DNA of 64,000 nucleotides from a virus (Duplodnaviria; Heunggongvirae; Uroviricota; Caudoviricetes): IMG/VR virus record IMGVR_UViG_3300037067_007156, positions 461,519 to 525,518 of that record; one strand, 5' to 3'. Shown piece by piece: positions 53,086 to 63,726 of this stretch (position 1 is its first letter; each line of letters starts with the position of its first letter). The notes under the pieces were generated by a model. It saw only the letters and a program-made list of their open reading frames with translations, ran no database searches and was not told where the DNA came from. The position numbers and the translations under genes were made by a program.

Positions 53086-55053
53086 ATGACTGGTGAAGAT
53101 TTAACAATCAAAAAAGAGCGAATAAAAGAATTAAAACGTCTTATTGATGAAAAAAAGAAAGAGTACGACTATAACAAAGCTATGCAATTAGCATTGAAAT
53201 TAGTTATTAACGGTACATATGGTGCTTTTGCTAATAAACATTTTGTTTGCTCAAATGCAGATATTGCTAACGCTATTACTGCTCATGGTCGAGATGTTAT
53301 ACAATTTATGCTTAATAAAATAGAAAATTATTTTTATCATGAATGGCACAATGATACAGAAGCTCATTCCTTGTTAGGCATGGAATTTATTGGTTTAAAA
53401 GATAATATGTTTTGTTTTTATGATAGAAATTTAAACCAGTTGGGTTATCCAAAAAGTACTTTAGTTGAATTACTTGAAGTTCGAAATTTAAGTGCAAATG
53501 AAATTAAAAAAATAAATAATATTGAAAATAATAAAGGTATTGAAATTCAATACGAATATTTTGTTCATGATTTTAGTAACATAGTTCCATTGGATAATAA
53601 TCCAATTTTTACTAAAAATGGTGACACAGATTATGAAGGGTTCGTTGCTTATAAAGGAAAAAATCCACTAATTATATATGGTGACACGGATAGCGTTCAT
53701 AATCAGACAGTTATGAATATAAATGGGAAAAAAATAATAGTAGAAGATTGGTATAATAAAAATATAAAAAATGGTTCGGCTGGGGAAACATTAAAAGGTC
53801 ACGAATCTGTTAAAACTAATGATAAAATATTAAATTGGTCGAAAGATAAAGGATTGTATTATGCACCAGTAAAAAGAATAATAAGACATAAAGTAACAAA
53901 AGAAAAGTGGAAATTAAAAACCAAATCTGGTAAAGAAGTAATAGTAACAAATGACCATTCTATGATAGTTTTTAGAAATGGTGAAAAACTTGAAGTAAAA
54001 CCAAGGGATATTTTAAAAACTGATAAAATACTTCAAATTATAAAGAAATTAAAAGATATTAACAATTTAATATATGATTTTGAATTTGATGATATAGATT
54101 CTTGTGAATGTGTGGGTATGTTTGAAGATGAATATGTTTATGATGTGGAAGTAGATGATGATACACACACATTTATAGCTAATGATATATTAGTTCATAA
54201 TAGTCTTTATATATCATATACACCAATAATGAAATCTGTTGGGTATGAAGGTGATGGGTTAAAGTTCATTTTACACATGGATAATATAATAATTAAAAAA
54301 TTATTCAATAAATATTTAGATGAGTATGCAGCACCATATAAAGTAAAAAGTCTTCATGATTTCGAACTTGAAACAATAAGTAAGTCAGCATTATTTATTG
54401 AAAAGAAAAATTATTTAAATAATATTGTTTGGGAAGATGGTGTTCATCATGAAAACTTATCATATTTTTATCCAAAAGGTATTGAAATTGTTCGTTCTTC
54501 CACACCAGAATTTGTAAGAGAAAATGTTTATGATGTTATCAATTATATTTTTGGTAATCCTGATAATATAAGTCAACGGGTATTGAGGGATTTACTTAAA
54601 AAATTAAAAAAAGATTTTGAGTGGAAAAGTTATGAAAATATCGATAGTATAGCAATGACAACAAGTTGTTCTAACTATAATGAAAAGGTATTCGATGATA
54701 TACAATCAGTAGTTGTCGAAAAGGGTACACATTTTGGTGTTAAAGCAGCAGCTTTTCATAATTATTTATTGAATCAAAATAGTGAATATAAGACAAAATA
54801 TGATATGGTTAAATCTGGAAGAATAAAATACTTTCATTGTAAACACAACAAAGGTGATAATTTTGGTTATTATTTTGGTTATCTAAGGTCTTTTTATCCA
54901 AAGGAAGTAGTAGAAAAGGAAGGTATAGAAATTGATATTGATGAACAGTTCGATAAGACTTTTTTAAGTATTATCAATAGATTTATGAATCCACTCGGAT
55001 TCCCACCTTTTACAAAAGAGTTGGGGTTCTTTTCATCAATATTTGATTTTTAA
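53086..55053 (+). CDS. polB: family B DNA polymerase, C-terminal part of a split gene, intein-containing
   Basis: Region III KLVINGTYG, region I YGDTD/S, KKNY, KGIEIVRSSTP; no exonuclease domain or DxxSLYPS. Confidence 0.88.
   Translation: MTGEDLTIKKERIKELKRLIDEKKKEYDYNKAMQLALKLVINGTYGAFANKHFVCSNADIANAITAHGRDVIQFMLNKIENYFYHEWHNDTEAHSLLGMEFIGLKDNMFCFYDRNLNQLGYPKSTLVELLEVRNLSANEIKKINNIENNKGIEIQYEYFVHDFSNIVPLDNNPIFTKNGDTDYEGFVAYKGKNPLIIYGDTDSVHNQTVMNINGKKIIVEDWYNKNIKNGSAGETLKGHESVKTNDKILNWSKDKGLYYAPVKRIIRHKVTKEKWKLKTKSGKEVIVTNDHSMIVFRNGEKLEVKPRDILKTDKILQIIKKLKDINNLIYDFEFDDIDSCECVGMFEDEYVYDVEVDDDTHTFIANDILVHNSLYISYTPIMKSVGYEGDGLKFILHMDNIIIKKLFNKYLDEYAAPYKVKSLHDFELETISKSALFIEKKNYLNNIVWEDGVHHENLSYFYPKGIEIVRSSTPEFVRENVYDVINYIFGNPDNISQRVLRDLLKKLKKDFEWKSYENIDSIAMTTSCSNYNEKVFDDIQSVVVEKGTHFGVKAAAFHNYLLNQNSEYKTKYDMVKSGRIKYFHCKHNKGDNFGYYFGYLRSFYPKEVVEKEGIEIDIDEQFDKTFLSIINRFMNPLGFPPFTKELGFFSSIFDF
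53692..54201 (+). mobile_element. mini-intein (170 aa, no endonuclease) in the polymerase YGDTD-S motif
   Basis: Starts with Ser, block B VTNDHS, block F VYDVEV, ends LVHN followed by Ser. Confidence 0.92.
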
Positions 55054-55073
55054 AAATAAAAATAAAAATAATT

Positions 55074-55388
55074 ATGAATTCGTTAACAGGTTATATTGGT
55101 TATATTTCATTAATCGCAATTGTAGTATTGATGATATCAATAACATTGTGTTTACAATTGTATAGTTCTAAGTTTCCATCTAAAAATGTAAAATTTAAAT
55201 TAGACGAAGTTAAAAGAGGTAATATGATTTTATACAGACCGCTTGTAAAACGTAAGTTTTGGGGATGGTCAACATTCAAAATTAAACAAGATGGAAAAAC
55301 TATTATTGCAGATAAAGCACAATTTCATAGTAAAGAAGGTGCTGAGAGATATATCGAATTTTATAAAAAAATAAAGGGAGTTAAATAA
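55074..55388 (+). CDS. small membrane protein
   Basis: N-terminal TM helix; terminator GGGAGTTA-AA-TAACTCCC at 55376-55393. Confidence 0.6.
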   Translation: MNSLTGYIGYISLIAIVVLMISITLCLQLYSSKFPSKNVKFKLDEVKRGNMILYRPLVKRKFWGWSTFKIKQDGKTIIADKAQFHSKEGAERYIEFYKKIKGVK

Positions 55389-55405
55389 CTCCCTTTTTAT
55401 TTTTT

Positions 55406-55933
55406 TTATTTTGAAATAAATTTTTCGAATGTGAGAAAAGATTCATTCTTTTTATCTTCTTCTTTTTTCTTAGGTTTATCTTCCTCTTCTTCAAATTTTA
55501 TATTATGTTTTTTTAGTAATTCTCTTGCTTCATCTTTGGTCATACCGCCCATTATTGAAGCACCAATATCATTATATTTTAATGTTTTTTTAGCTATTTG
55601 AATCTGATGCCAAAGTGCAGGGTCTTGTTTTCCGATTTCTTTTTCTTTCTTTATTGATTCGCTAACAAAATCTGTAAATAAAATTATATTTTGTTCTTCA
55701 ACTTTTTCTGGTAATCCTTCATGTTTTGTTTTAGCAAAATCTTTAGCTTTTTTTAATGATATACCTTTAATTTTTTCACCATCTTTACCTATTCCACCGT
55801 CAGCAATTTTTTTTATTTTATCAGCTAATGATTTATTTAAATTATCCAAATTAAGTTTACCTTTTTTATATGCATAAACCATACCCATCAATCTTTGTTG
55901 TGATTTAGATGTAGATTTTTCATTTAGTTCCAT
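55406..55933 (-). CDS. DUF3008-like protein with internal head-targeting-like motifs
   Basis: STSKSQQRLMG...DFAKTKHEGLPEKV; ILFTDFVSE; FLTFEKFISK. Confidence 0.6.
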   Translation of the reverse strand: MELNEKSTSKSQQRLMGMVYAYKKGKLNLDNLNKSLADKIKKIADGGIGKDGEKIKGISLKKAKDFAKTKHEGLPEKVEEQNIILFTDFVSESIKKEKEIGKQDPALWHQIQIAKKTLKYNDIGASIMGGMTKDEARELLKKHNIKFEEEEDKPKKKEEDKKNESFLTFEKFISK

Positions 55934-55996
55934 GATTTAATAATATATTTTTTATTTATATATTATTTTTTAAATTTGTATTTTTAAAACTTTAAT

Positions 55997-57689
55997 ATGG
56001 ATGATTTTGAAAGAATGTATCTAAGTAATTTTTTACATGACAATAGGTCTGCAATATCTGTATATGAAGTTGATAACACTAAAGTAGTTAAAATTTACTC
56101 AAATATTTTAGACCCCAGAATTGATGTATTTAGACTTTTATATGCAGATGGTGTTAAAATACTTATAAAAAGAAAAAAAATACAATATATAAATAATTCC
56201 ATATTTAGTTCAGAGTTTAAAGATTATTATTATTTAATAAACGAAAAAATAGAATTCATCGATATTAATGATGTTGTTACTTCAGAAAACGAACTTAGGA
56301 TTTTTTTAAGAAAACAAAAAATAAAAGAAATTTTCAATGACTGATGATGAAAGAACAGGTATAGCACACTGGATGTACCACAATCAATATAATTATCAAG
56401 TTATTAAATTGGGTAGTGTTTATGTTATTAAATTTAGTAGCTTAGAGATAACACAAGATATATATCGTCTATTATATGAGGATAATTTTAATTATGTTGT
56501 CCAAATATGTATGGAACATATGTCAAATATTCCTTATTTATATTATAAATTTTCTCAGATGAATAGTGATGGTTCTCTCACTTTTCTTTACGATTCAATG
56601 GAAGAAAATTATTACGACTTGAAAAAATTAATTAAATTACGAAAACTCAAAATTATTTTAAATTGAGTATGAAAGAATATAATTATATAAAAGAAAAAGA
56701 ATTACTTACTGATTGGTTGAAAGATAATCAGGATAAAATAACTATTATATCTCATAAAAATGTAAAAATTTTATCACTTGATGATGAAAATTTTTATAGA
56801 CCACATTTTCATGATTTTTATAGACTATTATATGATTATGGTATCAGATATTTTCGAAGACGAAGTATATATGTTAATTTTAGGTTAAATTCTACCCATT
56901 TATATTATAAAATTCATAGCAGTGGAATTGCTCAAATAATAATGAAAGATTTATCTTTAACCGATGGTTCATTTGATATCTTTATAAGACGTGAAAAAAT
57001 TAATGAAATTTTAGAATGAGTAACATTGAAACTAATAAATATGAAGAGTCATTAGAATTGACTACTTTTTTATCAGAATTTTGTAAAAAGTATGAAATGT
57101 ACGTATCAATTGAAATAATTTGTTCTGAAAAAATTTTAACTTTAATCCCAATATCAGTAAGATTAATAAGTGTCATCGATTCTAATGGATTAATTAAAAT
57201 ATTAAAAAAACATCATATATTTTTTCTTCGATATTATACAAATTTTAACATACCTGATAATTATAAATATTACAAGGTTGGAAGAAAAGAATTTAAATTA
57301 ATTAATCTTACACATGATAATACATTTGTAAAATATCTTCGAAAAGAAAAACTCAAAACTATTTTAAGATGAACAAGGACAGAAGTTTTACTAAATATAT
57401 TATTGAATTAGCAAAAAAAAATAATTTAGATGTTAATATTGATGTCATTAGTAATCAAAGAGTATTAAGTTTTTATATAATTGATGAAAATTCATCATAT
57501 GTTATTGTTGATGATTTATTTTTAAATACACTTAAATATAATAATATATCATTTATTAGATTTAAAATCATTGATTATAAATATTATATTGTATATCCAA
57601 ATGGTATATTAGAAATAAATAATGTTAGTACAGAAAAAGATTTTAAAAATTATATTCGAGTTGAAAAGTTAAAAGAAATACTTTCTTAA
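55997..57689 (+). CDS. tandem array of five divergent paralogues (55997-56344, 56337-56666, 56663-57019, 57016-57372, 57369-57689)
   Basis: Similar size, shared FRLLY/YRLLY and YY motifs, C-terminal RxxKL/IxxIL. Confidence 0.7.
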
Positions 57690-57736
57690 AAAAGGAACTT
57701 ATTTTATTTAATATATAGTGTCATACAAAAAACAAC

Positions 57737-57816
57737 TTTTTGGTTTTGTTAGTCTTTAGTCTGAATTTCAGGTTTAGTTTTTAGAGATAGAAACATTAAG
57801 ATTAGCAACTCAAAAA
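57737..57816 (+). ncRNA. candidate structured 5' leader (three-way junction)
   Basis: TTGTTAGTCTT/AAGATTAGCAA outer stem, TCTGA/TCAGG hairpin, GTTTTTA-GAGA-TAGAAAC GNRA hairpin. Confidence 0.4.
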
Positions 57817-57841
57817 CAAAAAATAAAAGAAGGAGTTAATT

Positions 57842-58663
57842 ATGACACATTTAGCTAATGGTACGACCGTACCTGAATTATTTATCACAAAAAACAAAAG
57901 CCGTCTTAAAATTTACGACAAAAAACATGTTTATCTTAATGATGGGGATAGTTTTGAATTGGAAATTTTTAACAACCAAAACGAGACTATCGGAGTGGAA
58001 ATTTTTCTTAATAGTAAAAAGATTTCTAATAGTTTATTAATTTTAAGACCAGCCGAACGGGTATTTCTCGATAGATATCTGGATGAAAGTAAAAAATTTT
58101 TATTTGAAACCTATGAAGTCGAAAACACCCAACAAATAAAAGATATCATTGCCAATAACGGGAAGATTGAAATTAAATGTTACAAAGAACAGCCAGTTCA
58201 AATATGGGGTAATATATCTATAACTACCACACCAAACTGGAGTCAACCACATTGGGGTGGTACTGGGACACCATATTATTATAATGTTGGTACGACATTG
58301 GGTGGTAATGGTACTTTTAATTTATCTGGTAATACTATTACAACTCCATCATGTTTTTATAGTTCATCCGATATTAATTGTAGTTGCACAAATACTGTTC
58401 CATTAAAAAGTACAATAACTACATGTAGCTTAGATATGATGGAAACTGGACGAGTTGGAAAGGGTGGTGAATCTAATCAAAAATTTGATTATACCAACTT
58501 TAATCCACAATCTTGGGCTTTTCACACTTGTGAATTACAAATTCTTCCTGTATCTCAGAAGAATAAAACAATGAAGGAGATTAAACAATATTGTACTAAT
58601 TGTGGTTATCGTATTAGGAATGATAAATGGAAACATTGTCCAGTTTGTGGTGAAAAAATTTAA
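57842..58663 (+). CDS. hypothetical protein with C-terminal Zn ribbon
   Basis: CTNCG...CPVCG; AAGGAG SD; terminator at 58674-58697. Confidence 0.7.
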   Translation: MTHLANGTTVPELFITKNKSRLKIYDKKHVYLNDGDSFELEIFNNQNETIGVEIFLNSKKISNSLLILRPAERVFLDRYLDESKKFLFETYEVENTQQIKDIIANNGKIEIKCYKEQPVQIWGNISITTTPNWSQPHWGGTGTPYYYNVGTTLGGNGTFNLSGNTITTPSCFYSSSDINCSCTNTVPLKSTITTCSLDMMETGRVGKGGESNQKFDYTNFNPQSWAFHTCELQILPVSQKNKTMKEIKQYCTNCGYRIRNDKWKHCPVCGEKI

Positions 58664-58758
58664 TACTTAAAAATTGGCACTTTTTTTAAAGTGCCAAAAA
58701 TGTGATAAAATAAAATGTGGTGTTTATAATACCACATTTTTTATTTATATTTGCTTCT

Positions 58759-60471
58759 ATGTTAGAAGGTAAAATTAGAAAAATATTAAAATATATTGAT
58801 GAAAAATATCCACATCAACCAGATTGGAAAGTTCATTATATTGTTATTAAAAAAGTTGATATTAATAGTGATTATTATGACATATATATTAATCCAATTC
58901 CAACACCAATACCAATATACTTTGATTTTATAAGAAGAATTTTTAGTTGAAAATTTAAAACCATATATTTATGGTGTGTTTGTAATGAATCCAGTTAATG
59001 GTAGTAATTTTATAAGAATTAATTCTAAAGATGAACAAGAAATTAAAATATTAATGAGACCTGAGAAAATAAGAGAAATATGGCAAGATTATGATGCTTT
59101 TGATAAACTAAACCCAACCTCAAAAGATGAAATACTCGAACAACAACTATCACGACAAATTAAAATTGAAAGTCTGGATAGTGAAAACCAAGATTAATTT
59201 CAAATAGAGAAAATACGGAATGAACTACCACTAAGCTAAAGACTTCTTGGTTCTCTTTCAGAAAAAAATATAGAATCGAATGTGATGAAATTAAAAACGT
59301 ATCTAATTCAATTATCGGATTTGTATTAAATGATAATGAGGCCAACAAATTAAATTTTTATATAGAGTGTGGTTATTTTAGGGAAGGAACATATTGTCAA
59401 TTTACTATTTATGGGAATACCCATAAAACGATAATGTATAATATTTTTCTTGAAACATCAATAAGATATAATGATAAACAAGAATATAAGTTTAGTTGTG
59501 GTAAAATGGAAATAGTTCAATTGAATATTAGAGAAATAAGAAGGGAAAAATTAAAATCATTATTTAACGATTTATAAATAAATTATGAAAGATGATAGTA
59601 ATGAATGGGAAGATTTTTTCGGTGAAAATATAGAATATGAAGATAAATCTCACTTTGAAGAAACCGATGATTTTGAAGAAACATTATCAAGTATTGAAAA
59701 TATACTAATAAGTCAAGATGTTTGGTGTAGTGAAAATGATGATGATATTACCCCAGAAGATGAACAATTATCTAAACAACTATCACGACAACTTAAAATT
59801 GAAAGTTTGGATGATGAATTCATTGATAAAAAGCATATCAAAAGTATAAAAAAGAAGTTAAATGCTCACATAGCAACAAACCCAAAGGTTGATATAATTA
59901 ATATCGCTGCTAAAATGATAAGTTATAGAGATAAGAAGATTCAGAAAAACGAGAAAGATTCTGGTAATATTTAAATAAACTTTTTATATTTGTATTTTAT
60001 ATAATAGAAAATGTTTTATTAAATGAATGAAAAATGTATAATATCTCACGGTGGTCAAAGTTATTTATTAGATGTTCTATCATTTAGTAGAACAAGTAAT
60101 AACATTAATAATAATGTTAATCATTCTCAATATTATTTGCCCACATCTTTCGAATCTGAAATTATAATATCATTTTCATATAATAATATTTTTAGTTATT
60201 TTTTGAATGCTTATAATAAAATAATGTATCTAATTACCCCAAATCATCAATTATATTTGATATGGAATTAATAGGTAGTAAAAGAAATGTGCGATTTTAT
60301 AATTGTTATTTAAATGAATACAATTTTCCAATTGTATTAAGCGGTTTAAATAATATAATAAATTGTAGAATAACATCGGATTATTATGTGTACGATTCAT
60401 TTTCAGATGAAGAATCTTTAAGAAAAGAAAGAATAGAAAAATTAAAAGAAATATTCGATGGGGAGCTTTAA
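58759..60471 (+). CDS. cluster of small genes bearing the RxxKI/LxxL motif (about 58759-58950, 58976-59197, startless 59224-59577, 59585-59974, 60023-60271, 60262-60471)
   Basis: Motifs RQIKIESL, RREKLKSL, RQLKIESL, RIEKLKEI. Confidence 0.55.
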
Positions 60472-60925
60472 AGAAATAGAAGGAAATTTAATTGATATGG
60501 CCTTAAATGGTGATTTCAATTTAATTGGTCATGGTGCTAATTGTTTTTGTAAAATGGGGGCTGGTATTGCTAAAGAAATAGCAGTGAGAATTCCTGATGC
60601 AGTGAGAGCTGATAATGAAACCAGAAAAGGTGATATTAATAAGTTAGGAAATTTCACATACGGTGGTATATGGGATGGTGATAAATTAAGGGGTTTTATA
60701 TTGAATCTTTATACACAATACAATTATGGCACTGATTCTATAAAAGTGGATTACGAAGCATTAACTCTATGCATGAGAAAAATTAATAAAAAATATAAAG
60801 GTTATACAATAGGTTTCCCCCTATTGTGTGCAGGTTTGGCTGGTGGAAACTGGGATAGAATTAAGAAAATCATCCAGACTGAACTGGTTGACATGGATGT
60901 TACTATAGTTCATTTCAAAAAATAA
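60458..60925 (+). CDS. macrodomain (ADP-ribose binding/hydrolase) protein
   Basis: EGNL, HGANCFCKMGAGIA, NLYTQ, AGLAGGNW. Confidence 0.88.
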   Translation: MGSFKEIEGNLIDMALNGDFNLIGHGANCFCKMGAGIAKEIAVRIPDAVRADNETRKGDINKLGNFTYGGIWDGDKLRGFILNLYTQYNYGTDSIKVDYEALTLCMRKINKKYKGYTIGFPLLCAGLAGGNWDRIKKIIQTELVDMDVTIVHFKK

Positions 60926-60936
60926 AAAATATAAAA

Positions 60937-61284
60937 ATGGCACGAGTATTTAAAGATTTACCAGAAGAAGTAAGACAAGTTGTATATGAACTTGCTTGTG
61001 AAATGGGATATGAACAGGACAGTTCTATTGAAAAAATAAATTACAAGTTTTTTGAGGATATTGAACCACAAGATTTAGTTTATAAATTAGCTGAGAAGAT
61101 TGTTGAAATATCTAATCAAAAAATAGAACTTTATGATAAAGAATATCATGAACGTTTTAAGAATGGTTTCTTTATGGGTATGCGTGAAGCTTACTCAAAT
61201 ATGAGTGATGAAGCTATGAAACATTATAGCAGTGTCACAAATACTATGGAAAAAGAAAATATGATTGAATATGACCCAAGATAA
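60937..61284 (+). CDS. hypothetical protein
   Basis: 115-aa ORF. Confidence 0.6.
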   Translation: MARVFKDLPEEVRQVVYELACEMGYEQDSSIEKINYKFFEDIEPQDLVYKLAEKIVEISNQKIELYDKEYHERFKNGFFMGMREAYSNMSDEAMKHYSSVTNTMEKENMIEYDPR

Positions 61285-61503
61285 TATTATTTATTTTTTT
61301 GTGCATATAGTATAGAATGAACTATAAGTTTTAAAAATTAATCCAAAAACACTTTTTGAAAATCACATATTTTCATTTTATCAAACGACATATATCCATT
61401 TTTAGCTTCTCCAGTTGTCATATAATCTATGGTTTTTAGCAGTTGATTAACCCACGTTTTATATTTTATTTTTTTAATATATAAATAAAAAATATTTTTA
61501 TAA

Positions 61504-62094
61504 ATGATTTATTCTTTTAACAGTTTTATTAATGAAGCCAAACAAATCGGTTTACTTTATCACTGGACATCATTCGCTGGTGTTTATATGATACTTGAAC
61601 AAAATTATTTAAAAGGTGCAAATAGAACCATTCGAAATGATGTTAAAACAATTAACAGGGCTGATGAATATGGAGTATCTTTTACAAGAGATAAAACTTT
61701 TTATAAAGATAATTCCAAATTTTATCCAATGGAAGTTTGTATTGTAATAGATGGTGATAAGCTTTCTAATAATTATAAACTTTTTCCTTATAATGATTTC
61801 TATGAAGGTGAAGATAAACCAAATTATAAAGGTGCTAAAGAGTCTGATGAAATGGAAACCAGAACTAATAGGAGTATCGAAAAGATAATAAATTATATAA
61901 TTCGTGTTGAATTATATGATAATACATCTGGTGCAAGTGAAAAAGAACAATTGGATTTTATAAAATGGTTTGCACCATATAAAAATGTATATAAAGGTTT
62001 TAATGTAAACGGTTATACATCAATAGATGAATTTAAGAAAGAATTGTGTGAATACGTTCAATCTAAAGGAATAGAATGTGTTATAAAAGCTTAA
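61504..62094 (+). CDS. putative ADP-ribosyltransferase-fold protein with head-targeting-like N-terminus
   Basis: MIYSFNSFINE; LYHWT...IL..N.L...VSFTR...DEME. Confidence 0.45.
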   Translation: MIYSFNSFINEAKQIGLLYHWTSFAGVYMILEQNYLKGANRTIRNDVKTINRADEYGVSFTRDKTFYKDNSKFYPMEVCIVIDGDKLSNNYKLFPYNDFYEGEDKPNYKGAKESDEMETRTNRSIEKIINYIIRVELYDNTSGASEKEQLDFIKWFAPYKNVYKGFNVNGYTSIDEFKKELCEYVQSKGIECVIKA

Positions 62095-62677
62095 AATCTT
62101 TTGTTATTTCATCTATCTTATCTGAATCATCTGGCCCGATTGCACAACATGTTATAGTAGGTACACCACCGAATTCGGTTAGACCGATGTCTGTTATCAA
62201 TGAACAAGGTATATTTTTTCTTTGAGCTTCTTCATAAGCATCAACTACTTCAGCTAAAGTATCCGCACCAACCACTATTTTTTTATATATTTCATTTAAC
62301 CATTTAGCCATAGGACTATCTTGCTCTACACGGAAAGTGGCATCACCATAAGATTCTTGTCCAGCCCATTCTAATTTGTCTAATATCACCTTTAAACTGG
62401 CGTGGGCTGCTGAACTGCACATTTTCCCTTTACGTAGATTAAGGTCTTTACGTATTATAATTACCTGTTTGGGTTCTTTTATCATTTTATTTTTCATCAA
62501 TTTATACCCCTTTAATTCCTCAAAATTTAAACCATCTTCATGCCAAATTTCTTTGTATCCACATTTAGGACATTCTACTAAAGGATAATTAGAAGGATAA
62601 TCAAATTCTTCACCACAATCACATTTAATGACCAACATATTAACAATGTCTGTCCAATAAACATCAAGCAATTCCAT
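62081..62677 (-). CDS. pth2: peptidyl-tRNA hydrolase, Pth2 family, with N-terminal Zn ribbon
   Basis: KQVIIIRKDL..GKM...AAHAS, KKIVV, DIGLTEF, TCCAIGP. Confidence 0.88.
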   Translation of the reverse strand: MELLDVYWTDIVNMLVIKCDCGEEFDYPSNYPLVECPKCGYKEIWHEDGLNFEELKGYKLMKNKMIKEPKQVIIIRKDLNLRKGKMCSSAAHASLKVILDKLEWAGQESYGDATFRVEQDSPMAKWLNEIYKKIVVGADTLAEVVDAYEEAQRKNIPCSLITDIGLTEFGGVPTITCCAIGPDDSDKIDEITKDFKLL

Positions 62678-62736
62678 TATAATACTATTAACGTTACTTA
62701 TAGTGTAGAATAAATTATAAGTTTTAAAGATTATTT

Positions 62737-63045
62737 TTATTCTTCAATATTATTATGTATTTCACCCCAAATATCTTCAGCGACTAACTCGTTATCCTTA
62801 TAATATACACCCCAAATATTTCCGTTTATGTAAAGTCTTATAAACTCAACTGTAAATGTTTCAAGTTTTCTAAAAAAAACAACCTGATTAGATTCTCTAT
62901 CTCTATAAATAGATATTTTTTCTTCAGACCAATTATTGCCATCGAAAATTTCTTCTTTTGATTTTTGATTTAATGATTTCATATTTTCAATTATCTGAGA
63001 ATTTTCATTTACAATAAAATTTTTAAAATTTTTAATTATTTTCAT
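62737..63045 (-). CDS. putative head-packaged protein
   Basis: Likely start MKIIKNFKNFIVNE; TATATA upstream. Confidence 0.55.
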   Translation of the reverse strand: MKIIKNFKNFIVNENSQIIENMKSLNQKSKEEIFDGNNWSEEKISIYRDRESNQVVFFRKLETFTVEFIRLYINGNIWGVYYKDNELVAEDIWGEIHNNIEE

Positions 63046-63094
63046 AAACAATTTTCTTTTTAAAGTATATATTAAAAAAAAATTATTTTTTATA

Positions 63095-63703
63095 TCAACC
63101 ATCTTTTAGAATAGTTTTTAAAAAAGTTTTCAGCTTAACATCAGTTTCGATTATATTTAAATTATTATCATATACATCCCAAATCCACTCATTTCTAATG
63201 TTTGTATCTATTTTAACATTAACAATACAAACTATATCAATTTTTTTAGTGACATCAAATAAAACTTGGTGTTGTTTATCCGCTGAGTTATAAACTTTAC
63301 AAGCATCACTTGAATTAAAAATTATTCCCCAACCGCCATATAAAAACCCCTTTTGAAATCTGCTGTCAACTTTTTTATTTGTTAAATCAAAACCAAAACC
63401 AAATATACCATTTTTTATTTGCTCTTTTGATTTTCTCGTTTTAGTGAATGAAGAATAATAAGCACCAACACCTTTAAAACCATTCTGTAATATATTTTCA
63501 ATATTTTCTTTTGTTGTCGAATGAAATATTAATGTATTTTTTGGTATTTTAATCGCACTATTTGGTTTATATGAGAATCCTCTTTGTGGAGTTTTTTCCA
63601 TGTTATTCACTACATGAATAAATTCGTCGATACTATTAATTTTGTCAATAACATCTTTATTAACATTTTCTAATAACCAATCTTTATATTTAATTTTAAT
63701 CAC
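63095..63703 (-). CDS. putative ADP-ribosyltransferase-fold protein
   Basis: MIKIKYKDWLLE; IFHSTTKENIENILQNGF...GIFGF. Confidence 0.45.
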   Translation of the reverse strand: MIKIKYKDWLLENVNKDVIDKINSIDEFIHVVNNMEKTPQRGFSYKPNSAIKIPKNTLIFHSTTKENIENILQNGFKGVGAYYSSFTKTRKSKEQIKNGIFGFGFDLTNKKVDSRFQKGFLYGGWGIIFNSSDACKVYNSADKQHQVLFDVTKKIDIVCIVNVKIDTNIRNEWIWDVYDNNLNIIETDVKLKTFLKTILKDG

Positions 63704-63726
63704 GATTTTATTTTTATTTTTATATA

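Noticed and set aside
60023-60471. Programmed frameshift joining two ORFs
   Set aside because: No slippery site or stimulatory structure seen; could be two genes, a pseudogene or a sequencing indel.
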